Shown: one piece after another, positions 17,648-26,322 of the stretch
Position numbering within the stretch: position 1 is the first letter of the stretch
Layout: the number at the start of each line of letters is the position of its first letter
From: Klebsiella phage vB_Kpn_003_Koku
Direction: 5' to 3' (one strand)
Sequence record: PV625052.1
Length of the DNA: 45,245 bases
The notes under the pieces: model-generated
Told to the model about the DNA's origin: nothing
Database searches by the model: none
Seen by the model: only the letters and a program-made list of their open reading frames with translations
Position numbers and translations under genes: made by a program

Positions 17648-17886
17648 AGGTGACCCCGGCCCTGCCCAGGCACCCTATGGGGACCGAGCGGGTCAGGCCG
17701 AGGCCGAGAGACCTGACACACGCCTATATCAAATTTTGAAACTTGATGTATACCTTATGGCATGCACTATGGTATACCTAGGTCTGCCCTTCTTGACCGA
17801 GGTTAACCCTTAAACATGATCAAGGTGCGATAGAACAGGACAGCACCAATGATGCCTACAATAAACCAACCAACCATAATCACCTC

Positions 17887-17906
17887 TTGTCCAACATGTT
17901 AGACAA
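17887..17906. repeat. 20-bp palindrome copy 6 (variant TTGTCCAACATGTTAGACAA)
   Basis: Located in the terminal non-coding region. Confidence 0.65.
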
Positions 17907-17923
17907 CCAGCCACACAGGGAGC

Positions 17924-17946
17924 AATACCCAGGGATTACCTGGGTA
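17924..17946. other. Perfect 9-bp inverted repeat (ATACCCAGG-gatta-CCTGGGTAT) just beyond the last tailspike gene
   Basis: Seen directly in the sequence. No U-run follows it. Confidence 0.5.
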
Positions 17947-18004
17947 TCCAGAGCGGCACTCATAGGTGTGCTGTGAGTGGCATGGTTGTTATAGAAAGAC
18001 CTGC

Positions 18005-19941
18005 TTAAGCCTGTGCACCCACAATCACACCATCTGCATCTCCAGTTGGTTGACCTGACTTAATCATCAAGTTACCAGAAGCAGAAACCCAGAGGTGGTA
18101 GTTCCCCATCACCATATGCTGCACCGACCACCCAGAGGCCAAGCCACCATTATGACCTGTGTTCACCGGGCAGGAGTTTCGGTATACATTAAGGTTACCT
18201 ACCTGGAATGTGGTACTCGTAGAGGAGTAACCAGACACCTTGAATCGGACCAGGAAAGAACCTGACTCGTTGGGGTAGAAAGGTAGGACTACCTTCTGCC
18301 ATCTGTTGTCTGCATCAAGTAGTACGATGCGTCGCATGAGAAGCACACCAGCTGGTGTTAATACCTCTACCAACACACGTGTTGCTGGGCTGGATGAGCT
18401 ACGCTTAACATCGAAGTCAATCCAATGAAGCTTACCTGCGGTAGCACCTGTGATTGTGGCTACTGCACGACCATCGGCACTACCAACCGTTACCTCAGTG
18501 GCTTCTCCTGGCCCACCATATGAGTTTGCAATAGAAACCTTAGTTGCATCCACAACGGGGATGCCAGAGGTTGGCCCTTTGTACAAATGTGAAAACTCAT
18601 GAAGCTGAGACCCTGTCTGTACCTCCTGAGACTGAGGGTGTCCCACAAGCAACCCCATCTTGTCTTGTACACGAAACACACCGTCCATGTTTGACAATAA
18701 GCTAGGAACTTCACCTTTCTCTAAGGCTAGTGAGTTCTCAATTACGAAGAGGTTTGTACGACCCAGATTGACTATATCAGATTGTACGATTCCACCGGCG
18801 TAGTCTACGATACGAGAAGGCATCCCGTTGTCGTAGATATCATTGATGACCATGTTACCAATGTTTGGCGTGAAGGTGCGGATATAAGGTGCATAGTATC
18901 CTGCATTGGCAGAGTTGATGTTATTCTTCTCTGAGATTAGACCAGACAAGAAACCAACTGATTTAACCTCTGTATGCATACGGTCACCATTAAGGTTACC
19001 ACCAGACCCATTAGCCGAATCAGCAACAAGAATGTGTGCATCTGGGGATTTTAGGTTCTCTTGTCCGAACTTGTTCTTGCTCAGGATAAGACCCCGACCT
19101 GCGTTATTGGAGGTTGCCCCTGGCTCTATCCAGATATCATAAGAAGCACCTGCCCTGTCGCCGGAGCGATAGAAGTCATTCTCTGTGACATTGATGGGCG
19201 TAGGTGGACCATTACGCTCTACTCCGTTATATGCAACGGCAAGCTTAATACCATATCTGTTATCTACAAATTGGTTATTAGTTACCTCACTGCCCGCTGA
19301 CAAACCAGAGATACATAGACCGATAGTCTCCTGGGAAGGGTCGCCCATAAATGAAGAATCACGAACCTTGAGGTAAGGCATATCAATCGAGTTGTGACTC
19401 AGTGCACACTGCTTGTACCTTGACATACGAAGGCGCTCAAAGGTATGAAAGCTGGTGGCATTACGGGACTTAGACTTCATGCGTATGGCGCCAAGGCCAC
19501 CGTGGAAAGTCAGATCTGATACGTTAGAGAATACGGGGTTGTTATCCAAGTCCAGGAAGTACCTGTCACCTTGTATGAGTATCTTGGATGCAAGAGGGCT
19601 CATCCCTTTGATATTAAGTACAAAGGCCATGCCTGTGGCAATATTAAGGCTTGCCCCATCGAACACAAATGCCCCGTCCTCAACCAACAATTGTGGACCC
19701 TTTTGTAGCATGTAAGGTTGTTCACCTGACATTGCAGCGCGTCGCTTATAGGATACATCCATAAGCACGTCCCACCACTTCATGAATGCAGGGGTGTCAT
19801 CATGAACACCATCACCTACCGCACCGAAGCATTTGCGAAGCCCAGCAACACCATCAAGGAATTTATCCTCTACACTATTAGTGACAATAGCCGGAGGTCG
19901 TCCCTCATAAATCTTAACCTGTGTAGCTTTAGTTAAAGCCA
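18005..19941 (-). CDS. Tailspike / depolymerase 2 (right-handed beta-helix, pectate-lyase-like)
   Basis: N-terminal CFGAVGDGVHDDTPAF motif. Start refined to MALTKATQ (ATG about 19941, GGGAGGT Shine-Dalgarno); the track ORF extends to 20050. Confidence 0.75.
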
Positions 19942-19984
19942 TGTAACCTCCCTTAATTATAGGCATCCAACATGAATACCTAGA

Positions 19985-20021
19985 AGTAAGAAAAGTGCGT
20001 AAAGTGCGGCTTACGCCGCAC
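19985..20021 (-). terminator. Terminator-like hairpin between the two tailspike genes
   Basis: The minus strand reads GTGCGGC-GTAA-GCCGCAC followed by TTTACGCACTTTTCTTACTTCT. Confidence 0.4.
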
Positions 20022-20028
20022 ATACACG

Positions 20029-21666
20029 TTAGTTGGAACGGTCCTCGCACTTGGCTGTGTACTGGAAGTTTAAAGCATTAGCCAGTGAAGCAGACCCACT
20101 AAACTTAAACACTATCTGGGTGTCTGTGATGGCTTGAACAATCACAGTGTTGCCTGTATTGGCTACGTTGTCAGAAGCATCTAATACAGTAACGAACACC
20201 TCATTGGGAGACCGATAGAGTCCGTGGTTTACAGTCACCTTGGTCCCAGAGGGTGAGCCAGATGGTATCGATGCCTGCCCTGCTGTCTTGCGGGTACTGA
20301 TACCTGTCACATTAGAGATGGACCTTGGTCTGTGTGAGATAGCGGTTGACTGTGACATATCAGAACCAGACCAGTTACCGCCCCTTACAGTTACACCATT
20401 TGAGTTATCACGCAGGTTTAAGTAGCGGCCTTTTGTAATTACAGTGGTGTCCCTCAACACAACATTTGAGGTACTAGCAAGAGATAAGTCGCAGAATGTG
20501 CTGCTGCCAGCTGTGTAGCATTTACCACCAATGACCACATTCTCAAGTTGCGCATCTAACTCTGCATAGATAGCAGCAACGGATGCGTTCCTGCAATGCC
20601 CATCAATTTCGACATCGCGTACAAGACCTGAGAATACAAACCCGTAAGGTGCACCATCGAAAGCATAGTCCAGTATCCTTACGTTAGCCAGGTTAGACAT
20701 ACGAACAGCACCAGCATCTACGTTTGCGACGTACAACGAGTGTATTGTTAACTGCGGGTATGGCTGACCAGAGCCAGAGCCAACAACCTCCAGGCCATAT
20801 GTGGATTCCCCAACAAGTGCCTTTTGTATTGTGATAGCCCTGCCACCTTCAACCCGCAAGGATGCATTGGTGCGATCCTGACCAGTCGCCAGTGTACCTA
20901 TGTGTGCATTGACAACATTACGCAGTGTCACTGTTGGAGTACCAGACCCCTTAGACCCAGCTTCCCAATAGGTTACCGAGAAGTCTGTGATATTATCCAC
21001 AATACTCCCATAGTAGTCCCAATTGGTGTTTGCATAGTTGATGAGGCCAAATGCATCAGATGTGGTCTGCAAATACATAGCCTGCCCGCAGGTGTCATTC
21101 CCTGTAGTGATATCCAACTCAAGGTAAGACATCTTAACTGAGCCATTCGCCTTGGTTCTCAAAACACGACCAGGGTATCCGTGTGCCGTGATTTTCAACT
21201 TACAGGCCCTTCCTGTAAACACAATTGCTTGCTGTGCTCCAACAGGGTCTGCCTGTGAGTAATCCGGAGTGGCGGAGCCAAGGTGACCATCACCAATAAC
21301 CTTAAACTCAAACTCACAGTACATGGCATTCTTGATAGTCAACATATCGCCTGTGGTGGATAGGTGTTTTAAAGAACCATCTGAAACTACCTTACAGTTG
21401 CGAGACAAGGCACCACCCATCGTTACATCTAATGATGTAATGCCAAACACACCATAAGGTATGTGAAGCGCCCTGCACTCACCACCTGCCAGCCACTCAA
21501 AAGCCCTGCCGAAGGCAATGGTGTCATCCGAGCCATCACCTTTGGCACCGAAGTCTTTTATACTGATAGTATCAGACAACTTTAGACCAAGAACCCTGGA
21601 AATTGAATTTGAGATGCCAGAGGCCTTGAACCTGACCAACATAGCACTAAGTCTCTGTAAAGACAT
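20029..21666 (-). CDS. Tailspike / depolymerase 1 (pectate-lyase-superfamily beta-helix)
   Basis: 545 aa with an ISIKDFGAKGDGSDDTIAF motif. It has its own phage promoter at 21747..21766. Confidence 0.8.
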   Translation of the reverse strand: MSLQRLSAMLVRFKASGISNSISRVLGLKLSDTISIKDFGAKGDGSDDTIAFGRAFEWLAGGECRALHIPYGVFGITSLDVTMGGALSRNCKVVSDGSLKHLSTTGDMLTIKNAMYCEFEFKVIGDGHLGSATPDYSQADPVGAQQAIVFTGRACKLKITAHGYPGRVLRTKANGSVKMSYLELDITTGNDTCGQAMYLQTTSDAFGLINYANTNWDYYGSIVDNITDFSVTYWEAGSKGSGTPTVTLRNVVNAHIGTLATGQDRTNASLRVEGGRAITIQKALVGESTYGLEVVGSGSGQPYPQLTIHSLYVANVDAGAVRMSNLANVRILDYAFDGAPYGFVFSGLVRDVEIDGHCRNASVAAIYAELDAQLENVVIGGKCYTAGSSTFCDLSLASTSNVVLRDTTVITKGRYLNLRDNSNGVTVRGGNWSGSDMSQSTAISHRPRSISNVTGISTRKTAGQASIPSGSPSGTKVTVNHGLYRSPNEVFVTVLDASDNVANTGNTVIVQAITDTQIVFKFSGSASLANALNFQYTAKCEDRSN

Positions 21667-21746
21667 AAACCCTCCATTACTTCCAGCCTCTCACCTTGAA
21701 AGACTGCGAGTAATGCTGGTTGTTTATTGATCAAACCAAAGTACCC

Positions 21747-21766
21747 TTCTATACTCGCCACTATTA
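21747..21766 (-). promoter_or_regulatory. Phage RNAP promoter upstream of the tailspike genes
   Basis: The plus strand reads ttctatactcgccactatta. Confidence 0.75.
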
Positions 21767-21793
21767 ATAAGCTCTTGAGATAGAAGGGTTTGT

Positions 21794-22009
21794 TTAGTAA
21801 TTGCGCTCCAGCTCCAGGATGTAAAGCCCAAGCTTCACTGCATCAGGCTTGCCGAAGCATACCATGCTATCACGCTCAACCACGACCTCAAGGGTCGGTT
21901 TTACTGGCTTCGCCTTTGCTACCGTCTGCCCTTTCTGGGCGCACCCGGAAGTGCTCGCGATACCAATCAGCAGGGCTGTCATTAATGCGGTCTGCCTCAG
22001 CTTGCGCAC
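21794..22009 (-). CDS. Rz1-like o-spanin (outer-membrane lipoprotein)
   Basis: 71 aa with a signal peptide and lipobox LIGIASTSGC. It begins inside the Rz ORF in a different frame and extends past it (overlapped architecture). Confidence 0.55.
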   Translation of the reverse strand: MRKLRQTALMTALLIGIASTSGCAQKGQTVAKAKPVKPTLEVVVERDSMVCFGKPDAVKLGLYILELERNY

Positions 22010-22163
22010 TGTCTTGCTCCTTCTTAGCCTGGCGCTTTAACAGCAGCCCCATGAGGGCCGCCAGGATAGCCAGCAGGTTATTCACAGGTAATCGCCTGGC
22101 AAATGGCATCGGTTGCCGCATTGCCAGCGCCGTCGCCGAGATCAACGCCCAGGCCGACACCAA
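21888..22163 (-). CDS. Rz-like i-spanin (type II membrane protein); start uncertain (Met1, Met15 or Met19)
   Basis: An N-terminal TM segment (LPVNNLLAILAALMGLLL) is followed by a charged periplasmic segment. The ORF contains the Rz1 start. Confidence 0.5.
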   Translation of the reverse strand: MVSAWALISATALAMRQPMPFARRLPVNNLLAILAALMGLLLKRQAKKEQDSAQAEADRINDSPADWYREHFRVRPERADGSKGEASKTDP

Positions 22164-22224
22164 TCAGGGCCAGCGCCAGGGCCACCAGGGCCGCTACTAC
22201 TTTCTTATTCTTGAGGAACTTCAT
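22078..22224 (-). CDS. Small single-TM protein (49 aa; second holin or antiholin candidate). Not in the ORF track because it is shorter than 60 aa.
   Basis: revcomp gives MKFLKNKKVVAALVALALALIGVGLGVDLGDGAGNAATDAICQAITCE, preceded by an AAGGAG Shine-Dalgarno, and sits between the endolysin and Rz. Confidence 0.5.
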   Translation of the reverse strand: MKFLKNKKVVAALVALALALIGVGLGVDLGDGAGNAATDAICQAITCE

Positions 22225-22334
22225 TGAGTCTCCTTAGCCAGATCTTAAGCATCTCGGTGTAATCCTTGATGCCGTTAATGTCAAAGTCTGCGATTGCCAT
22301 ATCCAGCCTACGCAGACACCACTTTACGCAATGA

Positions 22335-22682
22335 TCATCCATGCCAGCGTGCCGCCGTGTCTCTCACGTCAATATGCGTGAAGGAGTCGTACTGACCAAT
22401 CCCGTACTTACCTTTGTATTTCTCAGTAAGGTAAGACCAGACTCGCGCGGGACTCACTCCTGGGATACGAATGTCAGCTGCCTTTCCAGTGGTGTGCATA
22501 GAGTTCTTGGCACCACCCACCGCTGCATTGTGCTTAGCGCAGCGATGACCGGAGTTGATAACAACAGGACCAAACTTCTCGCGTACATCAGTGATGACTT
22601 GGAGTAGCTCGGCATCCACTGTGGATGTACCGCACCCACAACGGCAAGCGAATTCACTACGCTTGAAATATTGGTTAAGCAT
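22335..22682 (-). CDS. Endolysin, peptidase M15 family (zinc D-Ala-D-Ala carboxypeptidase-like)
   Basis: SGHRCAKHN...H..D pattern (VINSGHRCAKHNAAVGGAKNSMHTTGKAADI, then HID), typical of the M15/VanY fold. Confidence 0.75.
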   Translation of the reverse strand: MLNQYFKRSEFACRCGCGTSTVDAELLQVITDVREKFGPVVINSGHRCAKHNAAVGGAKNSMHTTGKAADIRIPGVSPARVWSYLTEKYKGKYGIGQYDSFTHIDVRDTAARWHG

Positions 22683-22694
22683 GTTGTTCCTTTA

Positions 22695-23231
22695 TTAGGT
22701 GATAGACAGGGTGCAGGACACGGACTTGATTACCTTGCCGCTGAGGTCATACACTGTGCACTGGTATACACCAGCATCACCAGCTACCGCAGCTGCCTTG
22801 GAGAAGGTTGCTCCAGTCTGACCCGCAACCACTGTACCATTCTTGGTCCACACGTAGGTGTACGGGGCATAGCCACCAGTCACCACTACGGGCAGACTGA
22901 TTGCAGCACCAGTAGCCACGGATGCGGTTGCAGACAGGTTGGTTGTGAATGCCAGAGCAGCCACAGTTGCCGGGGTAATCGGGGTGCCAGCCGTCATTGG
23001 AACCCACGGGGATACGTTCTCGTCACCCAGGGCAACCATGCCATTGAGTGCACCACCAGCGCCTTCACGGATTGCCACGGCACCAAGTTGCTTGCCGGAC
23101 TCTTCGCGCTGGTTGATGATGTTTGCCTTGTCGGCGAATGCAGCAGTGGTTGCCACAGGTGCGGTGGAGCATGCAGCTACGCGGTAGGTTACCGACTTAG
23201 GCTGACGCTGACCAGTTGCAGATAAAGCCAT
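22695..23231 (-). CDS. Paralogue 3 of a small-protein family, fused to a C-terminal Ig-like domain (putative capsid decoration/adhesin)
   Basis: N-terminal residues about 1-90 align with the two 88-aa paralogues (SGKQ.GA ... G..PA). The C-terminus has Ig-like strands (...YTYVWTKNG...GVYQCTVYDLSGK...). Confidence 0.65.
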   Translation of the reverse strand: MALSATGQRQPKSVTYRVAACSTAPVATTAAFADKANIINQREESGKQLGAVAIREGAGGALNGMVALGDENVSPWVPMTAGTPITPATVAALAFTTNLSATASVATGAAISLPVVVTGGYAPYTYVWTKNGTVVAGQTGATFSKAAAVAGDAGVYQCTVYDLSGKVIKSVSCTLSIT

Positions 23232-23241
23232 TTGTTTCTCC

Positions 23242-23508
23242 TTATGCTGGGGTTACGTCAGTGCCAGAGGTTGCGATGTCCCACAGGTCGGTGGGTGCAG
23301 AGCCACGAGCAAACGCATACACTAACTTCCCTGTAGCCGTAAGCTGGCAGAGAACCAGGGCACCTTTCTGCTTACCAGAGAGTGCCGTGTTGTTGATCGG
23401 GTGAGCAGAGTCTGCCAGGTATGCCTGCGGCACGATAGGTGCGATCAGGTGAGTGGCGTAGGTCTGCTTAGCTACCGGGGTCAGCTGACCAGTGATAGGT
23501 AATGCCAT
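23242..23508 (-). CDS. Paralogue 2 (88 aa) of the small-protein family
   Basis: Shares LSGKQKGA, ARGSAPTDLW and a C-terminal G..V.PA with 23522..23788. Confidence 0.65.
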   Translation of the reverse strand: MALPITGQLTPVAKQTYATHLIAPIVPQAYLADSAHPINNTALSGKQKGALVLCQLTATGKLVYAFARGSAPTDLWDIATSGTDVTPA

Positions 23509-23521
23509 GTAACCTCCTTGA

Positions 23522-23788
23522 TTAAGCCGGGACTACCTGAGAGCCGATAGCCATAGTGTTCCACACGGAAGTGTCAGCACTCCCACGGGCGATATGAATG
23601 ACACCAGAGGTGTTCATGATGCATGCACCATCCTGCTTACCGGACTTGGTGATATCATTCACCACACTGGATTTAGCAGTGAGCTGTGCGGCAGGCACAA
23701 CACCATGCTGGATAGCTGTGCTTACATGCGGGACCTGCTTACGGGTGGATTTACCTGTCACACCCATAGAGCCATAATTGTTAGCCAT
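23522..23788 (-). CDS. Paralogue 1 (88 aa) of the small-protein family, immediately downstream of a strong promoter
   Basis: Motifs KSGKQDGA, ARGSADTSVW and C-terminal GSQVVPA; AGGAGAAcaaATG Shine-Dalgarno. Confidence 0.65.
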   Translation of the reverse strand: MANNYGSMGVTGKSTRKQVPHVSTAIQHGVVPAAQLTAKSSVVNDITKSGKQDGACIMNTSGVIHIARGSADTSVWNTMAIGSQVVPA

Positions 23789-23826
23789 TTGTTCTCCTAT
23801 AAAGAGTAATAAAGGAAAGAGATAAG

Positions 23827-23891
23827 AGGGTACTCTGTAGAGTACCCAACTAGGGCATACCTGGTTACCTAGGGCATACCTGGGAATACCC
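23827..23891. repeat. Perfect 9-bp-stem hairpin (GGGTACTCT-gt-AGAGTACCC) plus phased CTAGGGCATACCTGG repeats in the leader of the paralogue operon
   Basis: gggtactctgtagagtaccc, then ctagggcatacctggttacctagggcatacctgggaataccc. The 24-mer is identical to 11179..11202. Confidence 0.6.
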
Positions 23892-23921
23892 TTAAATACC
23901 TTAGTATTCCTTTTCTATTGC

Positions 23922-23941
23922 TTCTATACTCGCCACTATTA
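23922..23941 (-). promoter_or_regulatory. Phage RNAP promoter; its TAA is the large-terminase stop codon
   Basis: The plus strand reads ttctatactcgccactatta, and tta 23939..23941 is the terminase stop. Confidence 0.75.
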
Positions 23942-25837
23942 CCAAGTCTTTGAAATACGTGCAGAAATTGTGTTCCTGCGAGGTGAATAGTTGCGGCCTG
24001 TGCCGTTCGTCCGAGCCATCTGGAAGCCGCTCACATTGTGACCAGACCGCATCGAGCCGTGGTCCTGCCCGGTGAAATACTCCCGGCGCTTCCGTGGGTC
24101 GTTCATCATGTCCAGATAGTCCCGCATCTCCTTGGCCCTGACGCGATTAATACGGGTAGCCTCGTCATAGTCTATCTGCGAGGTGAGCTGGCGTATGGCC
24201 CCGTACAGGGCGTCCAGTCGGTCATCGTGCCGGAGGCATCCTTTCTCCAGGGTGATGTTCGAAATTTGAGCGAACAGGCTGTAAGACATACGGATTTCAA
24301 GCGGGTAGTGCTGGATGCTCTGGATGTCCTGGCGAATCATGTCAGCGTTAAAGATGACCCTGTGCGAGGTGAATAGAGGCTCAAGGGTCTCGATGATGCG
24401 AGTCTCCTTCTGCCCGGTGGCGTAATCCTCTTCCAGGGATACAGGCCACTCACGCTCGAAGTAGGGCTTGATTACCGCCTCGAATGCACCATGACCGAAG
24501 TTCTTCTCAATGAAGACCTCTTTAACACCAGCAAGTTTGCACTCATCAACAATGCGTTGGAGGTGCTGAGCCTGGTAGCCACCTGGCACGCCGAACACCT
24601 TGTACACGTAGACGAAGGTTCCCAGCAGGAATACGATAGCTACACCAGTCTCATCACCGTTCTTACCACCACCTGCCGGGTCAATGTATGCAATCCGCCG
24701 AGTGATAGGCTTCCACTCATAGGTTCGCGCAACAGGACGATACAGGTAGTCGGTGGGCTTATTGCCGAACCTTGGCGCGTCAGAGATCATGTTGATGCTG
24801 TCGTTAGACCAGGTTGGCATCTCGGGAACAACATCAGTACCGAAGGACATGAAGATGAGGTTGTTGAGTCGCAGTGGGTATCTGTCAGCATCCATCAGGC
24901 GGGTGTTCAGCATGAACTGCAACTGGAACTTAGCCGTACCCTGAGAGATCTCCTTCTCAATCAGCTTCTCATCATCATACATCTCTGGGCAAGTAGGTGC
25001 ACCCTGCATGCCATCCATGCCATACCCTAAGCGTAGGCCAGGGTCTTCCATCATATCCTGGATAATCATCGGGGCAAGGAAGTCGCCATAGCAAGCCTCT
25101 TGCTCAAGGGTTGGGTAGCGCCCAGGCCAGATGCGAATCTGATAACCACGAGCTGGTAGGTTGTTATAGATGGAGTTCACACTCTGAGGTGTACCCAGAT
25201 AGATGATATCACCATACTGGTTGATGGATTCGAACTCCTTGGTCAAATCCTCCAGCAATGCACGACCAGCAGCGGTACGCGAGTTCTGCAATGACTCTAC
25301 GTCATCCGCAAGAATGATGTCTGCACGAGCACCCTGCATGCCAGCCTCGATGGAGTAGCAGGCAACGGATGGTGACTTGTCAGAGCCACGCAAGGTGTAA
25401 TGCACCTCGAACCCCTTGATGGATGCTTTGTCACCTGCATAGATGTCAGGTAGCATAAACTCCAGGAAGTCCAAGCCACGGAAGATTTTGATAACCCAAC
25501 CAGCAATCTCTTCCGCACGCTTGGCTGTTTGGGATACGATCATGATTCGCTTGTGCGGCTCATGGATGATTCGGAATACAGCATAGATAGCTGCAATGGT
25601 TGTCTTAGCCTGTCCACGCTGTGCCTCGACCATCCGGTACTTCTTGCCCGAGAACAAGAACTTGAGGATGTCTGCCTGTACCCGGTTAAGGTCAGGGTTG
25701 CCAGTGATTAGCGTGTTGATAACCACTTGGGCAAAGGAGAGAAGGCCATGCACGGTATACGGGAATGTTTCCTGTAGCTCGCGCAAGGCCTCCCAGCGGG
25801 CCAGGGCATCAGCTTGTGATTCCCTGTTCCTAGCCAT
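23939..25837 (-). CDS. Terminase large subunit (T7 gp19-like)
   Basis: 632 aa, positioned after the fibre/holin/small-terminase genes. It carries an ATPase N-domain and a nuclease C-domain, and is similar to T7 gp19 in length and position. Confidence 0.85.
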   Translation of the reverse strand: MARNRESQADALARWEALRELQETFPYTVHGLLSFAQVVINTLITGNPDLNRVQADILKFLFSGKKYRMVEAQRGQAKTTIAAIYAVFRIIHEPHKRIMIVSQTAKRAEEIAGWVIKIFRGLDFLEFMLPDIYAGDKASIKGFEVHYTLRGSDKSPSVACYSIEAGMQGARADIILADDVESLQNSRTAAGRALLEDLTKEFESINQYGDIIYLGTPQSVNSIYNNLPARGYQIRIWPGRYPTLEQEACYGDFLAPMIIQDMMEDPGLRLGYGMDGMQGAPTCPEMYDDEKLIEKEISQGTAKFQLQFMLNTRLMDADRYPLRLNNLIFMSFGTDVVPEMPTWSNDSINMISDAPRFGNKPTDYLYRPVARTYEWKPITRRIAYIDPAGGGKNGDETGVAIVFLLGTFVYVYKVFGVPGGYQAQHLQRIVDECKLAGVKEVFIEKNFGHGAFEAVIKPYFEREWPVSLEEDYATGQKETRIIETLEPLFTSHRVIFNADMIRQDIQSIQHYPLEIRMSYSLFAQISNITLEKGCLRHDDRLDALYGAIRQLTSQIDYDEATRINRVRAKEMRDYLDMMNDPRKRREYFTGQDHGSMRSGHNVSGFQMARTNGTGRNYSPRRNTISARISKTW

Positions 25838-26136
25838 TAAGCCTCCTTAGCGTCTGTGAAGCTGATAACCTTACCACTGGATGCCTCACGAATCTTCTTG
25901 AGGCGCTTGGAGAGTGCAGAGGTCTCCACATTCTCCGCAGGGTTTGCCTTGACGCCGTTATCCAGCACCCATTTAGCCATAGCTGCAAGGTCCTTGGAGT
26001 CACCGATAACTAGGGCTGCGTCAGGGTCCTGCTCAATTTCATTCAGGATTGCTGCGGCCTTCTTGTTAAAGATGTTGGTAACGGCAGCATGCAGGATACC
26101 TACCTGGTCTTCACTGGCTGCGTGCTTATTGCTCAT
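25837..26136 (-). CDS. Putative terminase small subunit (99 aa)
   Basis: Called mainly on size and position immediately upstream of the large terminase. Its stop overlaps the large-terminase start. Confidence 0.45.
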   Translation of the reverse strand: MSNKHAASEDQVGILHAAVTNIFNKKAAAILNEIEQDPDAALVIGDSKDLAAMAKWVLDNGVKANPAENVETSALSKRLKKIREASSGKVISFTDAKEA

Positions 26137-26314
26137 CTTTCCTCCTTTTCTTCTTAATGCGAACCCACACCCAATCCGCCATTTGCATGGCGGTATATAT
26201 GGCGGTGAGGATATACACCCAGCTCTCCCAACTAATGCCTAAGAAGGTCGTGCTTGTCACTAGCGCACTAGGCACCCACTTAAGAAGCTCTGTGGTCCCG
26301 TCTGAGTTTAACAT
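26126..26314 (-). CDS. Class II holin (T7 gp17.5-like)
   Basis: From the internal Met: MLNSDGTTELLKWVPSALVTSTTFLGISWESWVYILTAIYTAMQM..., resembling my recollection of T7 gp17.5 (MLSLDFNNELIKAAPIVGT...FGLSLNEWFYVAAIAYTVVQI). AAGGAGG Shine-Dalgarno. Confidence 0.6.
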   Translation of the reverse strand: MLNSDGTTELLKWVPSALVTSTTFLGISWESWVYILTAIYTAMQMADWVWVRIKKKRRKDEQ

Positions 26315-26322
26315 GTTCCTCC

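Larger units (their letters stand above)
17072..17780. repeat. About 12 dispersed copies of GCACTATGG, often paired as TGCACTATGnnaTGCACTAT, interleaved with CCTAGGTATACC motifs
   Basis: Examples: tgcactatggtatgcactatg, atgcactatgactgcactat, ttgcactatggtattccactatgg, tcgcactatggtaag, atgcactatggcctg, atgcactatggtatacc. Confidence 0.7.

Noticed and set aside
17072-17780. Possible CRISPR array suggested by the dense short repeats
   Set aside because: The repeats are 8-12 bp, irregularly spaced and of several unrelated families. There are no constant-length repeat/spacer units and no cas genes. The pattern fits phage terminal-region repeats better.
22777-23007. Trp/Cys/Gly-rich 76-aa ORF nested inside paralogue 3 on the same strand
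   Set aside because: It lies in an alternative frame within a well-supported gene; the biased composition reflects the GC-rich coding region, not a real gene.
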